From NCBI GenBank assembly GCA_965223845.1, contig CBDCXR010000004.1, positions 320,001-384,000 on the forward strand: a stretch of 64,000 bases of DNA, in the 5' to 3' direction. Position 1 is the stretch's first letter. The number at the start of each line of letters is the position of its first letter. The position numbers and the translations under genes are program-made. The stretch is from Planctomycetota bacterium (GTDB lineage: Bacteria > Planctomycetota > UBA8108 > SXIK01). This document shows positions 1-8,150 of this stretch, one piece after another. A model generated the notes under the pieces. That model ran no database searches. It saw nothing but the letters and a program-made list of their open reading frames with translations, and had not been told where the DNA came from.

Positions 1-1
1 C

Positions 2-2782
2 GCCATTGTCTGCGCCCTCGCTACGGGAACAACGCTCCGTGCGCTCGACTGCAATCGAAACGGCCGTCACGATGCGCTCGATCTCGCGCACGGCTATAGC
101 TTCGACTGCAACCGCAACGGCATTCCCGACGAATGCGATGAGTCGGAGGCCTTCGCGGATGGAACGCGTCTCGACTGCAACCGAAACGGCATCGAGGACT
201 GGTGCGACATCGCCCCGAGATTCCGCTTCGGTCGCGAAGAGGAGATGTTCCACTTTGGGTTTTCGCCGACCGATCTAGTCGCGGTCGATCTCGATGGCGA
301 AGCCGGCGAGGAGCTCATCGGGCTCGGGAACGGCCGAATTGTCGTCCTGGGATTCGACGCGGCGGGGCGAGTCGTCCGCCGGGGCGAGTACCCCGATTGT
401 GGAGGAAATTCGCGCCTCGCGACTGGGGATGTAAACGGCGACGGGCGAACGGATCTCGTGACGTACCGGCTGCCCTACGGCGACGCCGAGGAAGCACCCG
501 AAGCGGGGAATCTCGGCGTTCGGTTCGGTCGCGCCGACGGCTTTTCAGATTGTGTATCGGTCGCCGTTCCGGGAGGTCCAGAGAGTCTCACGATCGCCGA
601 TGCCGACGCAGACGGCATTCAGGACGTGTGCTGCGGAACTCGCTCGGGGACGATCGAGATTCTCTGGGGAGCGGGAGACGACGGCGGCGGCGAGGCGTTC
701 ACCGTGCGGTCGACCATCGAGACGACGTACGCGGCGACCGCGCTCTTCGTCGAGGACTTCGACCGAGACGGATTCCCCGATCTTCTCGTCGGTGAGCGGG
801 AGCTCAAGGAGGATCGGTTTCGCCTGTTCGCTTCGCGGGTCGACGTGCGGTGGGGCGATGCTTCGCGCTCGTTCGAGGAACGGACGCTTTTTTCCGCGCG
901 AACCGGACTCGGCGGCCTCGCCGTGGCGGACTTGAACGGGGACGCGAGACTCGATGTGGCGCTCGTCCAGTCGAACACGGCGCTTCGCTTCCTCGAGCCT
1001 CGCACTTCTCTCTACTCGTTCCTCAACGAGGGCGATCGGATTTTTCGGCTGCTTCCTCCACTCGACGTCTGGATGACGCACGACGATCGACTTCTGCGTA
1101 TACCCCGAGCCGACAGAGACGGAGATGAGGTGCTTTACCATTCGCTTCATCCCGACATCGGCCGACGTCCGAATGACTCGGGACGCCTCTACCGGTTTTC
1201 GTGGAGGAGCGGAGAGCTCCATCGGTCGGAGCCTATCGGAACCGCGAAGCCGCTTCTCGCCTCCGCCGTATTCGACGTCGATCGCGACGGCGACCCGGAC
1301 ATTGTCTATTCCGACGGCGATCGCACGCACGTCCTGCGAGCGAACGAAGGACTGGGAGCCTCCGCGCTCTTTGGATGGTACGAGCGAATTCAGGGGCACC
1401 TCACGCTTCCCACCGGCGTGGCCTCGCGCGACTGGGATGGAGACGGCCACCTCGACCTCGCGGCGGGAGTCGATGTTCAGACGTACATCCGCTTCCTCTG
1501 GGGCGGTGCGGACGACCTCGGCGCCGCGACGACCGTCGAGCTCGAGCACGAATCGCGAAAGCTCAATCCCGTCGATTTCGATCGAGATGGCGACCTCGAC
1601 ATCGCAGTGACGATCCATCCCAACCCCAGTGCCAAGAACCGGAATCGGCTCCAGATCCTTTGGAACGAGGGAAACCGCGAGTGGCGCACCGAGCTCGTCG
1701 CTGGATCCGACCTCGGCTACAGCAGCCGCGCCGTATTCGCGGCGGACTTTGACGGGGACGGATGGGAAGACCTCATTTGGCATTCAACTCCCACTACCGT
1801 GGGCTACTTCCCCAACGACCACGGGTCGTTTCCGCATCAGCGGCATTTCAAAGTCGGTTTGACGAACGATGAGCTACAGCCGATCGATATCGATGGCGAA
1901 GGCCCTCTTGAGCTCGCGATTCCACTTGCGGACGATTTCATCGCGATCTACAGCCTTGCAGATTGGGAGCCCCGACTTCTTTACCGCATTCCGTTTTCGC
2001 CTCTCGATTCCTTTGGCCCCTTCTCGACCGGCGATTTCAATCTGGATGGGCATGAAGATCTGATCGTTACGCAAGAAGCCGCGGAAGATATCTACCTCCT
2101 CCTCAACGACGGCTCGGGGAAGCTCGAGATCCATCAGCGCATTCCCTTCAGCAAGATCTACGCGAATCTCGACGACAGCATCCCGCGCCTTCACCTGAAC
2201 GCGCTCATCTCCCGCGATATGGACGGCGATTTGTATCCGGATCTTCTCATCTTTCATCTGAACGGTTCCGAGATCGCATGGAATCGCGGCGACGGCTATC
2301 TCGACGAGCCGCAGTACATCGAGAATTGGGGCGTCTGGTTTGCGGAGGCGAACGATATGGACGGCGACGGTCTCGCCGACCTCGTTCTGTCGGAGTGGTC
2401 GAATCGGAATGTTCTCATCGCCCTCAACCGCACGCTCCCGGCGCGCAGCGTCGACGAGAATCTCGATGGGGTCCCCGACGAGTGTGATCTTCCTCCGCGA
2501 CCGCGATTCATCCGTGGCGACGTCGATGACGGTGGTTCTGTCGCCCTCAACGACGCGATCGTCGTCCTCAGCTATCTCTTCTCCGACGCCAGTGCTCCGC
2601 ATTGCCTCTCCGCTGCGGACGCGAACGACGACCGCAGGGTGAACCTCGCCGACGGAGTCGCGATCTTGAACATGCTCTTCCGCGGAGAGGGACCGCTTCC
2701 GCCGCCGAGCGGCGAGTGCGGAACGGACAGAACACAGGACGCGCTCACGTGTGAAGAAAGCGCGTGTCCGGCCGGGGAATAG
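2..2782 (+). CDS. Secreted FG-GAP/VCBS-repeat protein with N-terminal DCNxNG repeats and C-terminal dockerin-like domain (5' partial)
   Basis: The frame of ORF 245..2782 is open from base 2 (AIVCALATGTTLRALDCNRNG...DCNRNGIPDEC...DCNRNG). It has many DxDGDGxxDL repeats and a C-terminal FIRGDVDD...DANDD...CG.D...LTC tail. Confidence 0.85.
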   Translation, partial: AIVCALATGTTLRALDCNRNGRHDALDLAHGYSFDCNRNGIPDECDESEAFADGTRLDCNRNGIEDWCDIAPRFRFGREEEMFHFGFSPTDLVAVDLDGEAGEELIGLGNGRIVVLGFDAAGRVVRRGEYPDCGGNSRLATGDVNGDGRTDLVTYRLPYGDAEEAPEAGNLGVRFGRADGFSDCVSVAVPGGPESLTIADADADGIQDVCCGTRSGTIEILWGAGDDGGGEAFTVRSTIETTYAATALFVEDFDRDGFPDLLVGERELKEDRFRLFASRVDVRWGDASRSFEERTLFSARTGLGGLAVADLNGDARLDVALVQSNTALRFLEPRTSLYSFLNEGDRIFRLLPPLDVWMTHDDRLLRIPRADRDGDEVLYHSLHPDIGRRPNDSGRLYRFSWRSGELHRSEPIGTAKPLLASAVFDVDRDGDPDIVYSDGDRTHVLRANEGLGASALFGWYERIQGHLTLPTGVASRDWDGDGHLDLAAGVDVQTYIRFLWGGADDLGAATTVELEHESRKLNPVDFDRDGDLDIAVTIHPNPSAKNRNRLQILWNEGNREWRTELVAGSDLGYSSRAVFAADFDGDGWEDLIWHSTPTTVGYFPNDHGSFPHQRHFKVGLTNDELQPIDIDGEGPLELAIPLADDFIAIYSLADWEPRLLYRIPFSPLDSFGPFSTGDFNLDGHEDLIVTQEAAEDIYLLLNDGSGKLEIHQRIPFSKIYANLDDSIPRLHLNALISRDMDGDLYPDLLIFHLNGSEIAWNRGDGYLDEPQYIENWGVWFAEANDMDGDGLADLVLSEWSNRNVLIALNRTLPARSVDENLDGVPDECDLPPRPRFIRGDVDDGGSVALNDAIVVLSYLFSDASAPHCLSAADANDDRRVNLADGVAILNMLFRGEGPLPPPSGECGTDRTQDALTCEESACPAGE

Positions 2783-3090
2783 ATTGTCTTCGCAAGACGG
2801 TGGGGGGCGTTTGAGCGAAGCGGAGATTCGCGACTCGACGCGGCAGCTCAGTTCGCGTGGAGATTTTCAGCTAACTCGGAGTCCGGACGTCGATCGAGCG
2901 AACGAGCCGCCGCCGTTGCTCGAGTGGATTCCCGAGCGTCGTTCATCCGTCCCTCGATCCGAAACGCGGCGCCGACGTGTTCGAACTTTCCCGGCGACGG
3001 TTCGGCGCGGCCTGTTGACCGGATCCCGGCCGGCGGCGACGATTCCGGCGGGATCAGTAGACCAAACCGGGAATCGTGCTCGGAGAGATC

Positions 3091-3879
3091 ATGGGCGAAA
3101 GAAGCTCGCATACACCAGGGACGTTCTGTTGGGTCGATCTCGCAACATCGGATTCGGCCGGTGCGAAGGAATTCTACGGCGAGCTCTTCGGGTGGGAGAC
3201 AGTCGACAAGCCCACCGAAGCCGGCGGGGTCTACACGATGTTCGAGCTCGGCGGCAAGGACGTGTGTGGTGCGTTCGAGCTCGACGAAACGATGCGTAGC
3301 CACGGAGTCCCGCCGCACTGGCAAAGCTACGTGTCGGTGGCGAGCGCGGACGTCTCGGCGGCGAGAGCGAAGGAGCTCGGCGGCAGCGTTCTCATGGATC
3401 CGTTCGACGTCATGGAGGCCGGCCGGATGGCGGCGATCCGAGACCCTCTCGGCGCCGTTTTCTCGATCTGGGAGGCGCGCGAACGCTGCGGCGCTCAGCT
3501 CGTGAACCAGCCGAGCTGCCTCTGCTGGAACGAGCTCCGCACGACCGACACCGCGGCGGCGCAGGAGTTCTATCACGGTCCGTTCGGCTGGACGACGCGC
3601 GCCGACTCCGGATCCCCGCAGTACTTCGAGTTCGAGCACGACGGTCGCGCGGCGGGCGGCATGATCGCGATTCAGCCGGAGTGGGGGAGTGTGCCGCCGA
3701 ACTGGGCCGTCTACTTCTCCGTCGCCGATTTCGATGCGTCGTTCGAGACGGCGAAACGCCTCGGCGCGAGCGCGTTCATGCCTCCGATAGACGTCGAAGA
3801 AGTCGGTCGGTTCGCCATGGTCGGAGACCCACAGGGCGCCTTCTTTTCGATGATTCAGCTCACGCGCGTCGACGAGTGA
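3091..3879 (+). CDS. VOC/glyoxalase-family protein with tandem domains
   Basis: Two repeats of (F/L)CW.(D/E)L.T.D...A.EFY..FGW...W..Y.SV...GR.A...DP.GA.F; GGAGAG RBS before ATG 3091. Confidence 0.9.
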   Translation: MGERSSHTPGTFCWVDLATSDSAGAKEFYGELFGWETVDKPTEAGGVYTMFELGGKDVCGAFELDETMRSHGVPPHWQSYVSVASADVSAARAKELGGSVLMDPFDVMEAGRMAAIRDPLGAVFSIWEARERCGAQLVNQPSCLCWNELRTTDTAAAQEFYHGPFGWTTRADSGSPQYFEFEHDGRAAGGMIAIQPEWGSVPPNWAVYFSVADFDASFETAKRLGASAFMPPIDVEEVGRFAMVGDPQGAFFSMIQLTRVDE

Positions 3880-4082
3880 CGATCGTGTCCTGAGGTGAGA
3901 CGCACTGAAAACTCGCGGCACGAACGGGACGGTCTGCACGTGCTGCGAGAGCGGCAGCACTCGCCGCAGCGATCGGGTAGACTCGATCGCCGAAGCCTTT
4001 CGCGCCCCGTACCGGGGACCTCGCCGGTCGAGTGATCTTCGTTTTAGTTCTGAACGTTCTCGAGTTCGACGGAGGGACAATC

Positions 4083-4613
4083 GTGATCGTCAACCCGACT
4101 CGTGTCTATCGCTTCGGTCTCTTCATCGTCCTTCTGCTCTCGCTCGGAGCTTGCGAGTCGAAACCCCGGGACCCGAATCGCCACTACGAAGACGGCGGCG
4201 GATTTTCGCTCGTCGCGCCCGACGGATGGAACGTCACGGAGTTCCCCGGATTCAAGTACAGGGTATTCCTCGGAACGCCGGTCGATGAGTTCGCTCCGAA
4301 CCTCAACGTCGTCGACGAGGTGTTTCAGGGGACGATCGATCGGTACGTCGAGCAGTCACTCACGACGATGGAGAAGCTGTTTCCGGAGTTTGAGAAGCTC
4401 TCTCAGGAAGACTTCACTCTCGACTCGGGTGCCCGTGCCGTCAGAATCGTCACGCAGAACGTGCAGTTCGGGAAGAAGCTCACGCAGACGTTCTACATGG
4501 TCGGCGATGGCTCGACGAAGTACGTCTTGACGGCGTCGAAATTGGCGACAGACACGCGCGACCTCGACCCGCTCTTTGACGCGAGCGCTCGATCCTTTCG
4601 CTTTGACGACTGA
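4083..4613 (+). CDS. Lipoprotein, PsbP/DcrB-like fold
   Basis: Lipobox LGAC after a hydrophobic stretch; GFSLVAPDGW...FAPNLNVV...FDASARSFRF pattern; GGAGGG RBS before GTG 4083. Confidence 0.65.
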   Translation: MIVNPTRVYRFGLFIVLLLSLGACESKPRDPNRHYEDGGGFSLVAPDGWNVTEFPGFKYRVFLGTPVDEFAPNLNVVDEVFQGTIDRYVEQSLTTMEKLFPEFEKLSQEDFTLDSGARAVRIVTQNVQFGKKLTQTFYMVGDGSTKYVLTASKLATDTRDLDPLFDASARSFRFDD

Positions 4614-4637
4614 TCCGCGGCACGCGGTCGGAGCGCC

Positions 4638-5984
4638 TCACTCCACGAGCTCGACCGACACCTCGTCTCGCTTTCCGTTCCGGATGACCGTGAACCGAAG
4701 CTTGTCGCCGACCTCGTGAGCGAACTTGATCCCGTAGATGAACGCCCGGTGGGTAATCTTGGGATCGATGGACTTCCCGTTGAGCGCCACGACGATATCC
4801 CCCTCGCGAAGACCCGCGCGGAGTGCGGCCTGTCCCGATGGTGACTGTCGGTTGATCCATCGGACGTCGAGCGCGCCCGCTCCCTTTGGCAAGCGGAGCC
4901 GCGCGAGCTTCTTTTTTTCGACGGGCGGAAAGTACACCTTGAGTCGCGGCGAGAGACTCCACATCGAGCCTCGCCAGGAGATGTCGCTCTCCTTCCAGCC
5001 CTTCTTGAGCTCGACGGTCCGCTTCCCGCTTTTCGATCCGGTGACGTCGACGGTCGTATCGGCGTTCGGGAGGGCGTGGAGAACCCACTGCATATCGGCG
5101 ATCGAAGTCATCGGCTGTCCGTTCATCGACAGGATCTCCTCGCCGTGACGGAGTCCCGCTTTCGCCGCCGGCTCACCGCGAGCGACCTTGCGTACGCGCG
5201 TGCCGTGATCGGCGTCGATCAAAAGTCCGATGTTGTCGGGAAGCGGGTACCGCCAAAGGAGATCGCGGTTGAACTCACCGCGGTCGCGCGCCGCCTTCTG
5301 CTCCGCGTCGTGGATGTTGTGGCAGTGGATGCAGTTGTTCCGCGCGGTGGCCTTGGCGAATCTCGCTCGTCCCTCGAGCCCGGGCATATCGAGCGCAGTT
5401 TTGTACGGCTTCTTCGGTGGACGCTTCCCCGCGAGGGCGCTCGCATTCGCGGGGTAGTTCTTGTGCAGCTCGAGCACGCGGCGCATCGTTTTCTCGAGTC
5501 CGGTCATCGAATTGTAGGCGTCCGGACCGGCGTCGCCCTGCGTTCCGTAGCGAGCGTAGATCGTGCCGTCTGCGTTCAGAAACACGGCCGCCCAGTTGAG
5601 ATCGAAGTCGAACTGAAAGATCGACAGATCGACGCCCTTCATTTCCACCTGGCGCACGGAGATGAACTCCTTCCGCGCCAGCTTCTGAACGCGGCCGTTT
5701 CCTCCGGCGACGGAGGCGTCGAATCCGGCGCAGGCATCGCACGGAACACAACGAAACGTGACGAAGAGGGGCTTCTTCTCTTTTCGCGCTTCCTCCATCG
5801 CCTGACCGATGTCGTTGTAGATCCAGAGATCGCTTCCCCGAGGGTTCTTGTCCTTCAGGATCTCCGCGAGATCCCCCGCGTCGCCGGCCTGTGCCGGGCC
5901 GGTGGCCAGGGCGGCGAGGAATCCGATCACAAGGAGCGGACTCGGGTGCACGCGAGTCCCGCGAGAGTTCGGTCGAGATGGCAT
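4638..5984 (-). CDS. Exported Trx7/PDZ-domain protein, Cys form of a family that includes selenoproteins
   Basis: Signal peptide; W.YND...A.EEA....KPLFVTFRCVPCDAC thioredoxin-like motif; CIHCH; two PDZ domains; AGGAG RBS before ATG 5984. Confidence 0.8.
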   Translation of the reverse strand: MPSRPNSRGTRVHPSPLLVIGFLAALATGPAQAGDAGDLAEILKDKNPRGSDLWIYNDIGQAMEEARKEKKPLFVTFRCVPCDACAGFDASVAGGNGRVQKLARKEFISVRQVEMKGVDLSIFQFDFDLNWAAVFLNADGTIYARYGTQGDAGPDAYNSMTGLEKTMRRVLELHKNYPANASALAGKRPPKKPYKTALDMPGLEGRARFAKATARNNCIHCHNIHDAEQKAARDRGEFNRDLLWRYPLPDNIGLLIDADHGTRVRKVARGEPAAKAGLRHGEEILSMNGQPMTSIADMQWVLHALPNADTTVDVTGSKSGKRTVELKKGWKESDISWRGSMWSLSPRLKVYFPPVEKKKLARLRLPKGAGALDVRWINRQSPSGQAALRAGLREGDIVVALNGKSIDPKITHRAFIYGIKFAHEVGDKLRFTVIRNGKRDEVSVELVE

Positions 5985-6386
5985 GGGAGTCTCCTGGGTA
6001 TTCGCCGAGGAGGGAGGAGTCCCTCCGCTACAGACGGAGCCGCTTCGGGGTTCCGCGTCTCGGAGTAGCACGCGGGCTTCCGTCGGCGCCGATCATCCTC
6101 CCGGTCGCCGGAGATCCCACCGAGCAACTCCAAGTTCCCGCTACGTAAGACGAGAGAAACGCGTCTCGGTTGCACCGGGTCGCTCCGGGATGGAGCAAAA
6201 CTGGGGAGCTCTCGCGGTTTTCGGGCCGGGAGAGGGGCGGATCGGGCCGTCCTCGACCCCGGTCCCGCCCCATCTCCAGGATTTTCGAGGATTCGTGAGC
6301 TCCTTTCGCGACCGTTGTCGCCGTGAGGGCAAGTGAGGCGCGCGGGCGCTTCGAAGGCTCGGGAACTTGTCCCCAGGAGGATTCCG

Positions 6387-8030
6387 ATGGAACCGCTCAA
6401 AACTACCACCGTTTCGTTTTGGAGTGCCCTTTTCATCGTGCTGGTCGCCGGGAGGCCTCACGCGGCCGAGGTCTGCGGATTCACCGCGGGCGTTGCGACG
6501 CGAGACATCGTTTCGATCAGCCCGGAGCCGGCGGTCGACATGCTCGTGCTTCGCGACGGGCGCACCATTACGCTGAGTTACATCGGTGAAGGTGAACAGA
6601 TGGATTTCGCGATCAGCGCCTACCTTCCCGACGGCACGGTCGACTGGGAGTTCGGTACCGCCGGCACCCGCGTCGTCGACTTCGACGGCGGGGAGGACTT
6701 TCCGGTTCGCATTCTCTTCGACCCTCGGCGTTCCTCGATCTACGCCGCCGGCTCGGTGTACCACGACGGCGACCGGGACATCGGAATCGTCAAGATCGAC
6801 CTTCGCGGCGGGATCAATTCGAGCTTCGGCGACAACGGACGCGTGGTCGTCGGCTGGGGAGAGCGGGAGCGACTCCACGATGCACTCGTGACCGACGACG
6901 CCAAGATCGTGCTCGTCGGCTCTACGGAGGAGTGCGGCGTTTTCGATTGCGGTGGATTCCTCGGGGTCGGATTCGGCGAATTCCGCATGGCGGTCGCGCG
7001 CATTCTCTCGAATGGAGAGCTCGACGACACATTCAGCGGCGACGGCAAGGACCGGCCGATCTTCGGCACCGAGGCCGAGCCCGGCGCGGCCGTCCTGACG
7101 CCGACGGGAGGCTTGATGATCGCGGGGAACCGTCGAGGCGCCGGTCCTCGCCGAGTCCTCTTCGTTCACTACACCCGCGAAGGCGAGCGGACGCAGGGAG
7201 AAGCCGATCACGATCGAATTTCGCCCGCGGTCGTGCGCGATCTCGTTCCGGTCGGCGGAGGCAAGTACCTCCTCCTCACCGAAGACGGGATCTACCGCCT
7301 CGCCAATCACTTCGGCCGGTTCGATCCGAGCTTCGCGAGCGGGCGGGGATTCAGTCTTGCGCCCTCCTCCGCCCACTCGATGGCCGTGTGGGACGGCAAG
7401 ATCTATGCATTCGGATACGAGAGCCCGACCGACGTCCACCGCTACGACGCGAATGGAATCGTCGACACCTCCTGGGCGCGCGACGGCGTCCGATCCTGTC
7501 CGTTCGACACCGTGGAGCGAAACGCCGCGATTCACTCGATTCTCGCGACGTCGCGCGGAGTGCTTCTCGGAGGCGAAGTCAGAAACGACGCCGGTCGCGT
7601 CTGGCAGGCGCTCGGTTTTCTCGGCGAGCGCGGCGAGTTCGTCGCCGGCTGTGGCGATCCGGAGCCGGAGCCCGAGCCGGAACCCGAGCCCGAGCCGGAA
7701 CCCGAGCCTGAACCCGAGCCTGAACCCGAGCCTGAACCCGAGCCTGAACCGAGCGGCTCCTACTTCCTCCGCGGCGACGCGAACCTGTCGGGCGCAGTGG
7801 ATATCAGCGACGCGGTTGCGGGCCTCAACTATCTCTTCAGCAGCGACGGAGAGCCGGCGTGCCCGCAGGCGCTCAACGTGAACGGCGACAATCGCATCGA
7901 CGTATCGGATCCGATCGCGCTCCTCGGTTACCTCTTCAGCGGCACGAACACCGCGCAGATCACCGGCGAGTGCGAGCCAGATCTGCAGGAAGAGTTCCCG
8001 GTTTGCGAAGTGAATTCGGCGTGCAGCTAA
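6387..8030 (+). CDS. Secreted delta-60-repeat beta-propeller protein with PE linker and dockerin-like domain
   Basis: AGGAGG RBS; signal peptide; repeats DGTVDWEFG, GGINSSFG, NGELDDTFSGDG; (PE)15 linker; FLRGDAN...NVNGD tail. Confidence 0.8.
   Translation: MEPLKTTTVSFWSALFIVLVAGRPHAAEVCGFTAGVATRDIVSISPEPAVDMLVLRDGRTITLSYIGEGEQMDFAISAYLPDGTVDWEFGTAGTRVVDFDGGEDFPVRILFDPRRSSIYAAGSVYHDGDRDIGIVKIDLRGGINSSFGDNGRVVVGWGERERLHDALVTDDAKIVLVGSTEECGVFDCGGFLGVGFGEFRMAVARILSNGELDDTFSGDGKDRPIFGTEAEPGAAVLTPTGGLMIAGNRRGAGPRRVLFVHYTREGERTQGEADHDRISPAVVRDLVPVGGGKYLLLTEDGIYRLANHFGRFDPSFASGRGFSLAPSSAHSMAVWDGKIYAFGYESPTDVHRYDANGIVDTSWARDGVRSCPFDTVERNAAIHSILATSRGVLLGGEVRNDAGRVWQALGFLGERGEFVAGCGDPEPEPEPEPEPEPEPEPEPEPEPEPEPEPEPSGSYFLRGDANLSGAVDISDAVAGLNYLFSSDGEPACPQALNVNGDNRIDVSDPIALLGYLFSGTNTAQITGECEPDLQEEFPVCEVNSACS
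7659..7751 (+). repeat. Coding hexamer tandem repeat (CCN GAR) encoding the (Pro-Glu)15-Pro linker
   Basis: CCGGAG/CCCGAG/CCGGAA/CCTGAA units read directly from the sequence. Confidence 0.95.
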
Positions 8031-8091
8031 TGCGCCAATGAATTCAGGCTGAGCCCCCTGACGATCGCGAACGACATTCGTTCACCCAGCA

Positions 8092-8135
8092 CAAAGGCCG
8101 CTTCGATCTCACTCCCGAGGTCGAAGCGGCCTTTG
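8092..8135. terminator. Long hairpin between convergent genes, probable bidirectional terminator
   Basis: CAAAGGCCGCTTCGATCTC-ACTCCC-GAGGTCGAAGCGGCCTTTG: 15 perfect bp plus 4 more (one G-U), between stops at 8030 and 8151. Confidence 0.7.
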
Positions 8136-8150
8136 GCCCATCGGGAGCCG

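Noticed and set aside
7659-7751. Tandem repeat as a CRISPR array or contingency locus
   Set aside because: It has no spacers and is an in-frame Pro-Glu linker with synonymous variation.
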